In this document: positions 9,065 to 19,567 of the stretch, piece after piece
Layout of the letters: each line of letters starts with the position of its first letter
Numbering within the stretch: the stretch's first letter is position 1
DNA from: an uncultured Solobacterium sp.
Lineage (GTDB): Bacteria > Bacillota_I > Bacilli_A > Erysipelotrichales > Erysipelotrichaceae
Length of the DNA stretch: 64,000 nucleotides
Direction of reading: 5' to 3'
Assembly: GCA_946415785.1 (NCBI GenBank)
Contig: CAMKTV010000001.1
Location: forward strand, 38,882-102,881
Translations under genes and position numbers: made by a program
Notes under the pieces: generated by a model
The model's input: only the letters and a program-made list of their open reading frames with translations
What the model was told of the DNA's origin: nothing
Database searches by the model: none

Positions 9065-9835
9065 ATGAAAAAGGTCTTAATAATTCCTAATCCTTATTTA
9101 GAGAATAAAGAAACAGTGATTAAAAAAGTTATTAATAACTTAGGAAAAATAGAAACTGTTATTTTTGATAAGCCTTTAATCAATAAGAAAGATTATTTAA
9201 CTTTAAATAAATATTTAATTGATGTTGACTGTATTATTACTCTTGGTGGTGATGGTTCTTTATTAAAGGTCGCTATGATTGCAGCTAAAAATAATATTCC
9301 TTTATTAGGAATCAATTATGGTAATAGAGGTTATCTAACATCATTAAAGAAGAATGAATTAAAACAGTTAAAAAGATTAGTTAAAGATGAATATAAAACT
9401 GATTCAAGAATGATGCTGGATGTTTTGATTGATAATGGAAAGAGATATGAACAGCTAGCTTTAAATGATGTGATTATTAATAAAAAAGAAATAAATGTTC
9501 CAATTAAATTATCAGTTAATAAAAAAGATATCTATTATGGTGATGGCTTAATTGTTTCCACCTTAACTGGTTCTAGTGCATATAATTATTCAGCTGGTGG
9601 ACCTTTACTTAAAAAGGGAAGACAGGCTGTTTTAACTCCTATTTGTCCTGTTTCAAGAAATAATAAATCAAAAATATATGAAGATGATTTTAAACTTCAT
9701 ATTAAACCAGTTAGAGACCTTCGTGATGAAGCATTAGTTTCTGTTGATGGTTTTAAACCAATAAGAATCAATAATAAAAGCACTATTATAATTAGTGCTT
9801 CTAAATATCAGGCTAAATTAATCAGATTAAATTAA
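9065..9835 (+). CDS. nadK: NAD kinase
   Basis: GGDGSLL motif, NDV.I and the TGSSAYN.SAGGP motif. Confidence 0.9.
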   Translation: MKKVLIIPNPYLENKETVIKKVINNLGKIETVIFDKPLINKKDYLTLNKYLIDVDCIITLGGDGSLLKVAMIAAKNNIPLLGINYGNRGYLTSLKKNELKQLKRLVKDEYKTDSRMMLDVLIDNGKRYEQLALNDVIINKKEINVPIKLSVNKKDIYYGDGLIVSTLTGSSAYNYSAGGPLLKKGRQAVLTPICPVSRNNKSKIYEDDFKLHIKPVRDLRDEALVSVDGFKPIRINNKSTIIISASKYQAKLIRLN

Positions 9836-10746
9836 TCTTTTTTCCATAAGTCAAAAGGATAGAAACCGTTGTCTTTAAATTCTTGAATCTTGGCAACAAC
9901 TTTTGGCTTGTCTTCTTTATAAGTTACACCAAACCATTTTGAACTTGTAGGTATAACTTTTACATTGCATTGTTTTCTATTAACTAAAACACCTACATGA
10001 TTTGGCAATAATGCTTCATATTTAAGTGGATTATTCTCAAGTCCTCTTGGTAAGTCTTCTTTAAAGATGTCTTCTAATTTCTTTAAGACACTTGGCATAA
10101 AGCCAAAGAAGTTCATTGATACTGGTGTATCAACATCAATTGCCTTATAAACGCCATCTTCTTCATATTCAGCACCACCATCAACTTTTTTAATATTCAT
10201 GACTTCTTTGATGCTAGTAAGATAATCACCTTCATCTTTTTGACAGATAGCTCTAGTAACTGTTCCATTATCAGATAATGTATTTCCTAATTTAAAGCCA
10301 GCCATACAATAATCACTTTCACCAATGCCTTCTTGGAAATAATCATAAATAACTTTAAATGAATCTCTGCCATAGAAATCATCCGCATTACAGATAATAA
10401 ATGGATCATCTTTTAAGATATGACGACATGAAAGTAGGGCATGTGTTGTACCCCATGGCTTAACTCTGCCTTCAGGAACTTTTATACCATCAGGTAAATC
10501 ATTAATATCTTGATAAGCATATTCAACTTCAATGAATGGTCTGATTTTTTTAACCAGATTTTCTTCAAATAATTCTTCATGTTCCTTCCTGATGATTAAA
10601 ACTAATTTTTTAAAGCCAACTTTAATTGCATCATAAATTGTAAAATCAATAATTGATTCACCATTAGAACCAATTGTATCGATTTGTTTTAAGCCTCCAT
10701 AACGGCTGCCCATTCCAGCTGCTAAAATAACTAATGTTTCTTTCAT
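9832..10746 (-). CDS. Sugar-phosphate nucleotidyltransferase family protein
   Basis: N-terminal LAAGMGSRYGG.KQ signature of NTP-transferase folds. The substrate is unknown. Confidence 0.7.
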   Translation of the reverse strand: MKETLVILAAGMGSRYGGLKQIDTIGSNGESIIDFTIYDAIKVGFKKLVLIIRKEHEELFEENLVKKIRPFIEVEYAYQDINDLPDGIKVPEGRVKPWGTTHALLSCRHILKDDPFIICNADDFYGRDSFKVIYDYFQEGIGESDYCMAGFKLGNTLSDNGTVTRAICQKDEGDYLTSIKEVMNIKKVDGGAEYEEDGVYKAIDVDTPVSMNFFGFMPSVLKKLEDIFKEDLPRGLENNPLKYEALLPNHVGVLVNRKQCNVKVIPTSSKWFGVTYKEDKPKVVAKIQEFKDNGFYPFDLWKKD

Positions 10747-10748
10747 GT

Positions 10749-11459
10749 TTAATCTCCTTTACTTATTTGTCTAAAAGTATCACTTATTGAAGAATGAATG
10801 ATAATATCACACATATTGTCTTTTGGGGTTGATGATTTATTGATTATCGCTAAATGTTTACCATTGAAATAATTAATGAAACTTGCGGCAGGATAAACAT
10901 TAAGAGATGTTCCTAGGATTACTAATGTATCGGCATCATAAATTGAAATTGTAGCTTTATGAATTGTCATTTCATCTAGTCCTTCTTCATATAAGACGAC
11001 ATCAGGTTTGATTATACCACCACATTCACAATAGGGAATACCGTCAGTTTTTAAGATATCTTCTAAACTGTAGAATTTATGACATTTCATACAATAGTTA
11101 CGATTGACAGATCCATGTAGTTCATATACTTTTTTACTTCCTGCTTTTTGGTGCAAGCCATCAATGTTTTGAGTAACTACAGTGACATCTTTTTCATCCT
11201 GTAAGGAAGCAATATATTCATGTCCATAATTTGGTAGGGCATCAGGAAACAACATCTTTTCACGATAAAATTCATAGAACTCTTTTGGATGTGTCATGTA
11301 ATATGTATGAGATAGAATCTCTTCAGCGTGAAGGTTGTTATTATATAGACCTGTAGCTGAACGAAAATCAGGAATGCCACTGTCTGTTGACATACCAGCA
11401 CCCGTAAAGAAAACAATTTTCTTGGCGCCTTTAATCGCTGCTTTTAATTTATTTATCAT
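10749..11459 (-). CDS. NAD-dependent protein deacylase (Sir2 family)
   Basis: The motifs GAGMSTDSGIPDFRS, QNIDGLH and HG, plus Zn-ribbon cysteines (CMKC ... CECGG). Confidence 0.9.
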   Translation of the reverse strand: MINKLKAAIKGAKKIVFFTGAGMSTDSGIPDFRSATGLYNNNLHAEEILSHTYYMTHPKEFYEFYREKMLFPDALPNYGHEYIASLQDEKDVTVVTQNIDGLHQKAGSKKVYELHGSVNRNYCMKCHKFYSLEDILKTDGIPYCECGGIIKPDVVLYEEGLDEMTIHKATISIYDADTLVILGTSLNVYPAASFINYFNGKHLAIINKSSTPKDNMCDIIIHSSISDTFRQISKGD

Positions 11460-11555
11460 AATTTAATTATATTATCTAGCATCAATACTAGCCATATTTA
11501 ATTTGTTTTAATAATTTGTTATAATTATTAAACAGTCAATACTGGAGGTTTTCTT

Positions 11556-13040
11556 ATGGCGAGATTAACACGTACGCAAAAATATGCTGACTTTAGAGAA
11601 GAACTTTCTAATAGTCGTGAAGATTCATTAAGAACCAACGTCTTAGATGCTTATAGTAATAGAATGAAAAGCATTGATGAAGCACTTGGGGAAGAAATTA
11701 AAGATGCTTTAGAAAGACAAAATGATATCGCTCATTTTGTTGACGAAGAGTTTTTTAATAATGAAAATAAAGAAGCGCCACAAGAAGAATTAAACTTCGC
11801 TAAAATAGAACCACAAGAAGAAACAAACCAAAACGATATTGACGACTTTAATATTGACATAGATGATGATCAAGATGACTTCTTTGAATTTAAAAAGAGA
11901 TTAGATGAAGTTGTAAGTCAAGTATTGGGTGATGAAGAATCAAAAGATGAAGTTGAAGAAGCTGATGTAGTAATTAAATATGGTGGCACAAAAACAGATG
12001 AAGAACCTTCTTCTGAAGAAAATTTTGAAGATGATAATAAAGAAGAATCTTTAGATATACAAAATGAAGAAGAAACACAAGTAGAAACTGAAGAGCCTAA
12101 AGAAGAAGCAGTTATCTATGAAGAAGAACAGAAAGATGAAATTGTTGAAGATGTCCAAGATATTAACGAACCTATCGAGGAAGAAAAACCTGTAGAAGAA
12201 GTAGAGGTTGTCCCAACAGTTGAAGAACCTGTTGTTATTAATGTTAAAGAAAATAAAAAACCTATTACTCCTATTGATGTTGATGAGATAGTCGATAATT
12301 TATTAAGAATAATTGGACCACTTGATGAATTAAAAATAAAAGAGACAGTTCATTATGTACCTCCTGTAGAAGAACCTGTAGAAGAAATTGTTGAAAAACC
12401 TATTGAGGAAGAAGTTAAAGATAAACTAGAAGAAATAATTTCGGAAATTGAAGAAGAGATTAAACCAATTGAAGAAGAAATAGAAGAGAACGTTCCTGAA
12501 CAAGAAGAACCAGTTCAAGAAGAAAACGAAATAGTCACAGAAGAAGAAAAGACTCAAGAAATTCCTGAACAAGAAGAACCAGTTCAAGAAGAAAACGAAA
12601 TAGTCACAGAAGAAGAAAAGACTCAAGAAATTCCTGAACAAGAAGAACCAGTTCAAGAAGAAAAGGCTGAAGAAATTCCTGATTCTGTTAGCGAACAAAT
12701 TGATCAAGTATTATTAGATGCTAAAGATACAATAGCTATTAAAGAAGACGATATTACAGCTGTATTTAATAGTGAAGAATTTAATCATCCAGTTTTAGAA
12801 AAGAAAGAAGAAGCTATAGAAGAAGATGCGGTGGAAATACTTCCAATGGAAGAAACATTAAAATTTGATGTTGTTGATGATACAATTCCATTCACTGGTT
12901 TTGCACAAGACGAAGAAGATGAAGAAGAAATTGAAGATGCAAGTTTCTCAAAAGCTATCAATATCATCTTGATTGTCTTGATTGTAATATTAGCTATTAT
13001 TTTAGGTGTTGTTATATATTACTTGTGGAAAATGAGGTAA
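11556..13040 (+). CDS. Tail-anchored, extremely acidic (Glu-rich) repeat protein
   Basis: 494 aa. The N-terminus is MARLTRTQKYADFREEL. The body is long and rich in E, P, V and I. A single C-terminal TM helix (INIILIVLIVILAIILGVVIYYLW) is followed by KMR. GGAGG lies upstream. Confidence 0.75.
   Translation: MARLTRTQKYADFREELSNSREDSLRTNVLDAYSNRMKSIDEALGEEIKDALERQNDIAHFVDEEFFNNENKEAPQEELNFAKIEPQEETNQNDIDDFNIDIDDDQDDFFEFKKRLDEVVSQVLGDEESKDEVEEADVVIKYGGTKTDEEPSSEENFEDDNKEESLDIQNEEETQVETEEPKEEAVIYEEEQKDEIVEDVQDINEPIEEEKPVEEVEVVPTVEEPVVINVKENKKPITPIDVDEIVDNLLRIIGPLDELKIKETVHYVPPVEEPVEEIVEKPIEEEVKDKLEEIISEIEEEIKPIEEEIEENVPEQEEPVQEENEIVTEEEKTQEIPEQEEPVQEENEIVTEEEKTQEIPEQEEPVQEEKAEEIPDSVSEQIDQVLLDAKDTIAIKEDDITAVFNSEEFNHPVLEKKEEAIEEDAVEILPMEETLKFDVVDDTIPFTGFAQDEEDEEEIEDASFSKAINIILIVLIVILAIILGVVIYYLWKMR
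12495..12664 (+). repeat. Perfect 69-bp in-frame tandem repeat (2 full copies plus 32 nt)
   Basis: Units start at 12495, 12564 and 12633. Each encodes PEQEEPVQEENEIVTEEEKTQEI. Copies 1 and 2 are identical base for base. Confidence 0.95.
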
Positions 13041-13044
13041 TAAT

Positions 13045-13701
13045 ATGAAAATCAATATTGCGATTGATGGACCAAGTGGTGCTGGTAAGAGCACCATTTC
13101 TGATATATTGGCCCAAAAGTTAGGATATGCCCATCTTGATACTGGAGCAATGTATAGAGCAGTTGGCTATGCTGCTTTACAAAGAGGCTACAAGATGGAT
13201 GAAGAAGAAAAGATTGTGAAGATGATTGAAGAACTAGATTTAGTTGTAAAAACAGATAATTCAATCATTCTTAATGGTGAAGATATTTCTGGAAAAATTA
13301 GAACTAATGAAATATCAATGGCTGCCAGCGATGTATCAAAATTAAAAAATGTTCGTAAAGCCTTAGTTGCCATGCAACAAAAAATTGCTTCAAATAAGGG
13401 CTATATCGTTGATGGTAGAGATATATGTGAAGTCGTTTTGCCAGATGCTGAAGTTAAAATCTTTTTAACAGCTAGCGCAGAAGATAGGGCTAAAAGAAGA
13501 TTATTACAAAATCAAGAAAAAGGCATCGATGGTGATTATGAAACAATATTAGAAGAAATTAAAAAAAGAGATTACCAAGATTCACATCGTGAGAATTCAC
13601 CACTTCATAAAACTGATGATGCAACAGAGATTGATTCATCAGATAAGAGTATTGAAGAAGTAGTTAATATCATAATGCAAAAAGTATTAGAAAAACAATA
13701 A
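13045..13701 (+). CDS. cmk: Cytidylate kinase
   Basis: The motifs IAIDGPSGAGKST, DTGAMYR and DGRD. Confidence 0.92.
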   Translation: MKINIAIDGPSGAGKSTISDILAQKLGYAHLDTGAMYRAVGYAALQRGYKMDEEEKIVKMIEELDLVVKTDNSIILNGEDISGKIRTNEISMAASDVSKLKNVRKALVAMQQKIASNKGYIVDGRDICEVVLPDAEVKIFLTASAEDRAKRRLLQNQEKGIDGDYETILEEIKKRDYQDSHRENSPLHKTDDATEIDSSDKSIEEVVNIIMQKVLEKQ

Positions 13702-13714
13702 TAGGAGGTAAGTC

Positions 13715-15028
13715 ATGATAGATGGTACTATTGCGATTGTCGGACGACCAAATGTCGGCAAATCTACAGTATTCAACCGTATGTTAGAAAAAAGACTATC
13801 TATCGTTTTAGACACACCTGGAGTTACTAGAGATCGCATTTATGGTGATTGTAACTGGTTAAATAAAACATATCGTCTTATTGATACAGGCGGTATTGAA
13901 TTAGCTGATCAACCATTTCAAAAAGAAATAAAAGCACAAGTTGATATCGCCATTGAAGAAGCTGATGTCATCATTTTTCTTACGAACGGCAAAGAAAGTT
14001 TAACTAATGATGATAATTATATTGCAAAATTATTAAGAAAAAGTAAAAAGCCAGTTATTCTTGGCGTTAATAAAATTGATGATATTTCTAAAATAGATAA
14101 TATTTATGAGTTTTATGCTTTAGGAATGGGTGATCCAATTCCTGTTTCTGGCGTACATGGTATAGGGATTGGTGACCTTTTAGATAAGGCTGTTAGTCTA
14201 ATGCCAAAGAAAGAAATTGAAAATTATGAAGGCATGATTAAGTTTGCGATAATTGGTCGACCAAATGTCGGCAAATCATCTTTAACCAATGCTTTCTTAA
14301 GACAAGAAAGAGTTATTGTATCAGATATTGAAGGAACAACTAGAGATGCGATTGATACTGTCTTTAGAGCTAATGATAAAGAATATGTTGTCATTGATAC
14401 AGCTGGCATTAGAAAAAGAGGCAGAATCTATGAGAATGTTGAAAAATATTCAGTCTTAAGAGCGAGAAGTGCGATTGATAGAAGTGATGTTGCCTTAGTT
14501 GTCTTAGATGGACAAACAGGCATCATTGAACAGGATAAACATGTTGCCGGCATCGCTCATGAAGCGCTAAAAGGAGTTATCCTTGTCTATAATAAATGGG
14601 ACTTAGTTGAAAAAGATGAAAAGACAATGGATAAGATTACTAAGGAAATCAGAAAGCAATTTGCTTATTTAGATTATGCACCAATTGCTTTTGTCAGTGC
14701 TAAAAATAATTCAAGAGTAAATGATTTATTACCTATCATTGATATGGTATATAACAATGTCAATTTAAGAATTAAGACCAATGTCTTAAACGAAGTAATT
14801 TTAGATGCTCAATTAGCTAATCCTGCTAAGCCTCATAATGGAAAGAAATTTAAAATCTATTATGCTTCGCAAGTACAATCTTCGCCATGTGTCATTGTCT
14901 TATTTGTCAATGATCCTGAATTATTCCATTTCTCTTATAAACGTTATATTGAAAATAAATTAAGAGAGGCCTTCGGCTTTGAAGGTGTGCCAATTCAAAT
15001 TGTTGCCCGTAAAAAAGAAGAAGTATGA
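13715..15028 (+). CDS. der: Ribosome-associated GTPase Der (EngA)
   Basis: Two G domains (GRPNVGKST and GRPNVGKSS, DTGG/DTAG, NKID/NKWD) plus a KH-like C-terminus. Confidence 0.93.
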   Translation: MIDGTIAIVGRPNVGKSTVFNRMLEKRLSIVLDTPGVTRDRIYGDCNWLNKTYRLIDTGGIELADQPFQKEIKAQVDIAIEEADVIIFLTNGKESLTNDDNYIAKLLRKSKKPVILGVNKIDDISKIDNIYEFYALGMGDPIPVSGVHGIGIGDLLDKAVSLMPKKEIENYEGMIKFAIIGRPNVGKSSLTNAFLRQERVIVSDIEGTTRDAIDTVFRANDKEYVVIDTAGIRKRGRIYENVEKYSVLRARSAIDRSDVALVVLDGQTGIIEQDKHVAGIAHEALKGVILVYNKWDLVEKDEKTMDKITKEIRKQFAYLDYAPIAFVSAKNNSRVNDLLPIIDMVYNNVNLRIKTNVLNEVILDAQLANPAKPHNGKKFKIYYASQVQSSPCVIVLFVNDPELFHFSYKRYIENKLREAFGFEGVPIQIVARKKEEV

Positions 15029-15035
15029 ACATTTA

Positions 15036-15061
15036 AAAAAGTCATTTACAATGACTTTTTT
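15036..15061. terminator. Bidirectional terminator between der and the PBP gene
   Basis: Hairpin aaaaagtcatt-tac-aatgacttttt. Confidence 0.75.
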
Positions 15062-17744
15062 AATTAACAATTGAACAGTTATCGCCATTACATAATTCTA
15101 TTGTTCCACTAGGGACGTCATAGAATTCATAATAGCCATCGACTTGTGCTTCTTGAATAACACTTCCATTTACTTTAAGTTTTATATAAGCACTTGCTAC
15201 GCCATTTTCAAGCACTGTCGCATAATGAGGAAAATAACAGCGGCCAGTAGCATCTTTTGTTTTTCCATAGACATTACGGGCTGTTAAGTCTTGGGTTCCA
15301 TCACTACAATAATAACCACCTGTTGTAATAGTTACATAGACTACACCATTTTCATATCTTCCCGCAACATGCAAGCCTTTACCATCACCTGGCTTTGTAG
15401 GCAAATTCGCATAGACAGTATCAACACTTACTAAAGGTTTTTCGACAAGTTTTTCTGTTCTGATTAACCCTTTAACTGTTTCATGTACGCCATCACTATA
15501 TGCATATGGATAAGCACCTTTGACGATTGTGATTTCACTACAATCATCAGGTCTTTCAATTTGTTTTGGGTCATAATCATAATGTTCCTCTAATTCATCA
15601 AGAAGTTTCTTACAGATTCTTCCTTTTAAATTAGCCATATCTTCACTGGTTGTGAAATATGCGCCTTTTTCTGCTTTATCAAAACCTAACCAAACAGTAA
15701 CAGTATAATTTGATGTTTGGGCAACCATCCACATGTCTTTAGGAGCACCAGTTGGAATGCCATAGGCTCTACCAGCAGTAGCCCAGTCAGTTGTACCAGT
15801 TTTCGCATAAACAGGGTATTTTCTTTTTAGAATTTGCATTAAATTAGCGAAGCTTCCTGATACATTGAATTCTTCACAAGTTGCAGCCATATAAGCAGCA
15901 GCACTTGATACAACCTGATTACCTTCTATATCTGCAACATATTCTTCATCACCTTTATCATAAACAATTCTCTTTACTGTATGAGGAGTTACATAATATC
16001 CTTCATTCATAAAGATGGCATGGGCACCTGCTAATTGAACAGGTGTTACTAGGCACGTATTACCGCCGATTGCCCATTGTAAATCAAAGGTATCTAGATT
16101 TGCGGTTATACCAATACTTCTTAAATATTCTTTTACTTCATCTTCACCAATCTCTTTTATGACAGCGTCCAACGTTTGAACTGCCGGTGTATTTAAAGAT
16201 CTCGCAATCGCTTCAGTTATAAGCATATCGCCTGTATATCCTTGATTACCAGCATTTGAAATTAAGACATTACCGCCATATAAGAAAACAGGTTGGTCAG
16301 TTATTGTATGAGCTGTTGACCAGCCAAGACGATCAAAGGCTAAGACATATTCAAGAATTGGTTTAATTGATGAACCTGGCTGTAGATAAGCAGATGTTGC
16401 ACGATTAAATTGACGAACTTCTTTTTCTTGATTTCTGCCACCACCTAGTGCTACCAGTTCACCTGTTTGATTATTTAAAACAACTAGGGCAGATTGTTCA
16501 AGGTCGTTTGAATATTTTAATTCTGTTTTTTCATTTTCAATATTCCAAACAAGTTCCTGCATATAAGGATCCATATTTGTATAAATCTTCATTGAATGCA
16601 AATAAGGATCTTTGCCTGTAATATTAACTACTTCATCAATTACAGCATCAAGATAGTCTTGATAATATTCAGAATAACTTCTAAATTTTTGATCAGGTCC
16701 AGCTAAGATATCTTCAATTTTAATTGTCTTGGCAAGTTCTGCTTCTTCTTTGCTTAAATAGCCATGATATACCATTAAATCTAATACTTCTGCTGTTCTT
16801 TTTTGCGCATTTTCAAGATAAGTGATATTTGGATTTAAATAAATATAATTTGGATTATTTTTATAAAGTTCATTATAAGGATTGAAATTATTTGGTGAAT
16901 TGATAATGCCAGCAAGGAAACATGCTTCTACTAAATTGATATCTTTGACATTCTTACCAAAATAATATTCAGCGGCTTTTTGGACACCACGAATATTATT
17001 GCCGAAATTTATTTTATTTAAATATAAAGAAATGATTTCTTTTTTATTTAACTCTTTTTCAGCTTCAATAGCTAAGACGATTTCTTGAGCCTTACGTTTT
17101 ACACCTGCCATACCACTTGCAGCTGCTAAAGTGCTTTCACCATTGGCGTCTATCTGGAAATAGGAATTTTTTACTAGTTGCATGGTGACGGTCGAACCCC
17201 CTTGGCCAAAATCACCGGATTTTAAATTCTCAATAATTGCTTTGGTGAAACGCGGAATGTCAAAACCAAAATGTTTGAAAAAACGTGAATCTTCAATTGA
17301 GACAAAGGCGTCAACTAAACAATTAGGCAACTGTTCATATTCAACATTTTCTCTAAGATATAATCCAAGTTCTACTACTTCATTTCCATATGCATCATAT
17401 ATGACAGTTGATTCTTCAGATATTAATTTCTTGGCGTTAAATTCAGGTCTATCTTTAATCAGATTATAGCCAAAGATAGTTCCACCAATTATTGCGCATA
17501 AACCTAAAAAGATAATAGACAAAACAATAATATCTAATACCAGTACTTTTTTACTTGTTTTAGGTCTATCACTTTCTTTTTGAGTTATTTCTTCTTCTTG
17601 AACTGGTTCTTCTTTTTCTGTTTCTTCAACAGGCTCACTAAAAGAATTGTTTGTTTTTTCTTCCTGTCTTTTAGCCACCAGCTTTCTTCTTTTTGAAAGT
17701 CTTCTAAGTTGCATTGAACTTAGTTCTTCATCTTTTCTTTTCAT
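15060..17744 (-). CDS. Class A penicillin-binding protein (PBP1A-type transglycosylase/transpeptidase)
   Basis: Charged cytoplasmic tail followed by a TM helix. GT51 motifs (EDSRFF.H.G, GGST.TMQL, RK..E) and a transpeptidase SxxK (PGSSIKP), plus an extra C-terminal domain. Confidence 0.9.
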   Translation of the reverse strand: MKRKDEELSSMQLRRLSKRRKLVAKRQEEKTNNSFSEPVEETEKEEPVQEEEITQKESDRPKTSKKVLVLDIIVLSIIFLGLCAIIGGTIFGYNLIKDRPEFNAKKLISEESTVIYDAYGNEVVELGLYLRENVEYEQLPNCLVDAFVSIEDSRFFKHFGFDIPRFTKAIIENLKSGDFGQGGSTVTMQLVKNSYFQIDANGESTLAAASGMAGVKRKAQEIVLAIEAEKELNKKEIISLYLNKINFGNNIRGVQKAAEYYFGKNVKDINLVEACFLAGIINSPNNFNPYNELYKNNPNYIYLNPNITYLENAQKRTAEVLDLMVYHGYLSKEEAELAKTIKIEDILAGPDQKFRSYSEYYQDYLDAVIDEVVNITGKDPYLHSMKIYTNMDPYMQELVWNIENEKTELKYSNDLEQSALVVLNNQTGELVALGGGRNQEKEVRQFNRATSAYLQPGSSIKPILEYVLAFDRLGWSTAHTITDQPVFLYGGNVLISNAGNQGYTGDMLITEAIARSLNTPAVQTLDAVIKEIGEDEVKEYLRSIGITANLDTFDLQWAIGGNTCLVTPVQLAGAHAIFMNEGYYVTPHTVKRIVYDKGDEEYVADIEGNQVVSSAAAYMAATCEEFNVSGSFANLMQILKRKYPVYAKTGTTDWATAGRAYGIPTGAPKDMWMVAQTSNYTVTVWLGFDKAEKGAYFTTSEDMANLKGRICKKLLDELEEHYDYDPKQIERPDDCSEITIVKGAYPYAYSDGVHETVKGLIRTEKLVEKPLVSVDTVYANLPTKPGDGKGLHVAGRYENGVVYVTITTGGYYCSDGTQDLTARNVYGKTKDATGRCYFPHYATVLENGVASAYIKLKVNGSVIQEAQVDGYYEFYDVPSGTIELCNGDNCSIVN

Positions 17745-17815
17745 ACCTAAATATTATAACCTTAAATGTATGTAAAGTGCTAAAATGCGTGCTTTTAATA
17801 TGCTAAAATTATTAT

Positions 17816-19567
17816 ATGAAACATGTAAGAATTAAAGCGCTTCAAGAAGCGTTAATTAATAATGATTTAGACGCCTATTATTTAAATACCAGTGATTATC
17901 ATTTATCGGAATATGTTCCTGAATATTTTAAGACAATTAAATATTTTACTGGATTTACTGGTTCACTTGCGAATCTTATAGTTGATAGAGAAAAAGCTTA
18001 TATTTTTGTGGATGGCCGCTATCATATACAAGCTGAAAAAGAGTGTTATGAAGGAATAGAAATAATTAAATTGGGCACTAAAGGAGCCTTAGAAGCGAGT
18101 GATTTCTTAATCAAATATTATCAGAATAAAAAAATTGGCCTAGATGGTAAAAGAGTAAATATTAATTTTGTAAAGAATCTTGTTGATCATAAATTATATA
18201 TTATAAGTAAAGATATTTATTCAGACCTAGTTGAAGATAGAAGTCCTTTAATAAAAGATGTCTTGAAAGAATTTAAGATTGAATATAGTGGCGTTTCAAG
18301 AAAAGAAAAAATCAATAATCTGAAATATTGTTTTGAAAACAAAGCCTTTATCATCAATGATTTAGAATCAATTGCCTATATCTTAAATTTAAGAGGAAAC
18401 GATATTTTAAATACACCGGTCTTTTTAGCTTATTTACTTTTATATCAAAATGATATTTATTTCTTCATTAATCTAGAAAGGCTTAATAGTGAATTATTGG
18501 AAAAATTATATGAAGATGAAGTCATTATTAGACCATATGATGAATACTATTATTTCTTAAATCAAATTAAAAAAGAGGCCATCATCTTAGATGAACATCG
18601 TATTAATTATGAAACTTATCTTCATCTATTTAAAAACAATCATTTAATTTATATGCCTTCAATTGTTTTGGAAATGAAATCAATTAAAAATGAAGTGGAA
18701 ATAAAAAACAGTAAATTGGCTCACATCTATGATGGAGCGGCAATGATTAAATTCTTCTATTGGTTAGAAAATCAAAATAAAGAAGAATTAAATGAATATC
18801 TTGTAGCGAACAAATTAAATGAAATTAGATTAGGATATAAAGCTTTTGATTTAAGTTTTAAACCAATCGTTGCCTATAATGAAAATGCGGCCATGATGCA
18901 TTATAGCCCAAGACAGGAAAACAACAGTCAATTAAAAAATGAAGGTATTTTATTAATTGATAGCGGCGGCCAATATCTTGAAGGTACAACTGATATCACA
19001 AGAACTATTTCTTTAGGACCAGTTAAAGATATAGTCAAAAAGCATTTCACTTTAGTCTTAAAATCGATGTTTAATCTATCTGAAACAAAATTCTTAAGTG
19101 GTATTTCTGGCAATCAAATTGATATCTTGGCTAGAAAAGATATTTGGGAACTTGGCATTGATTATCGTTGTGGCACGGGTCATGGGGTAGGACATGTCTT
19201 ATCGGTTCATGAAGCGCCACCAAATATCCGTTATATGCATTCAGTAAGTAAAACAGAAGAAATGCCTTTAAAGGCTGGCCAGATTGTTTCTGATGAACCT
19301 GGAATATATCTTGAAGGAAGTTATGGAATAAGATGCGAGAATATGCTTCTTGTCAAAAAAGATGAATTAAATGAATATGGACAATTCTTAAAATTTGAAA
19401 CACTGACTATGTGTCCATTTGATTTGAAACTTATTGATAAGAATTACTTAGATGAAAAAACAATCAAGGTATTAAATGATTATCATAAGACTGTTTATGA
19501 AAATCTTAGTCCTTATTTAAATGAAGAAGAAAAAGAATATTTAAGAAAACTCACAAGGGAGATTTAA
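17816..19567 (+). CDS. M24B aminopeptidase P family protein (Xaa-Pro aminopeptidase)
   Basis: Two creatinase-like N-terminal domains and a pita-bread catalytic domain with the motifs DSGGQY, DITRT, HGVGH.LSVHE and EPG.Y. Confidence 0.85.
   Translation: MKHVRIKALQEALINNDLDAYYLNTSDYHLSEYVPEYFKTIKYFTGFTGSLANLIVDREKAYIFVDGRYHIQAEKECYEGIEIIKLGTKGALEASDFLIKYYQNKKIGLDGKRVNINFVKNLVDHKLYIISKDIYSDLVEDRSPLIKDVLKEFKIEYSGVSRKEKINNLKYCFENKAFIINDLESIAYILNLRGNDILNTPVFLAYLLLYQNDIYFFINLERLNSELLEKLYEDEVIIRPYDEYYYFLNQIKKEAIILDEHRINYETYLHLFKNNHLIYMPSIVLEMKSIKNEVEIKNSKLAHIYDGAAMIKFFYWLENQNKEELNEYLVANKLNEIRLGYKAFDLSFKPIVAYNENAAMMHYSPRQENNSQLKNEGILLIDSGGQYLEGTTDITRTISLGPVKDIVKKHFTLVLKSMFNLSETKFLSGISGNQIDILARKDIWELGIDYRCGTGHGVGHVLSVHEAPPNIRYMHSVSKTEEMPLKAGQIVSDEPGIYLEGSYGIRCENMLLVKKDELNEYGQFLKFETLTMCPFDLKLIDKNYLDEKTIKVLNDYHKTVYENLSPYLNEEEKEYLRKLTREI

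Noticed and set aside
12426-12707. 93-aa minus-strand ORF rich in Phe, Leu and Asn
   Set aside because: It is the antisense shadow of the GAA-rich 69-bp repeat region of the acidic protein gene. Its repetitiveness simply mirrors the sense-strand repeat.
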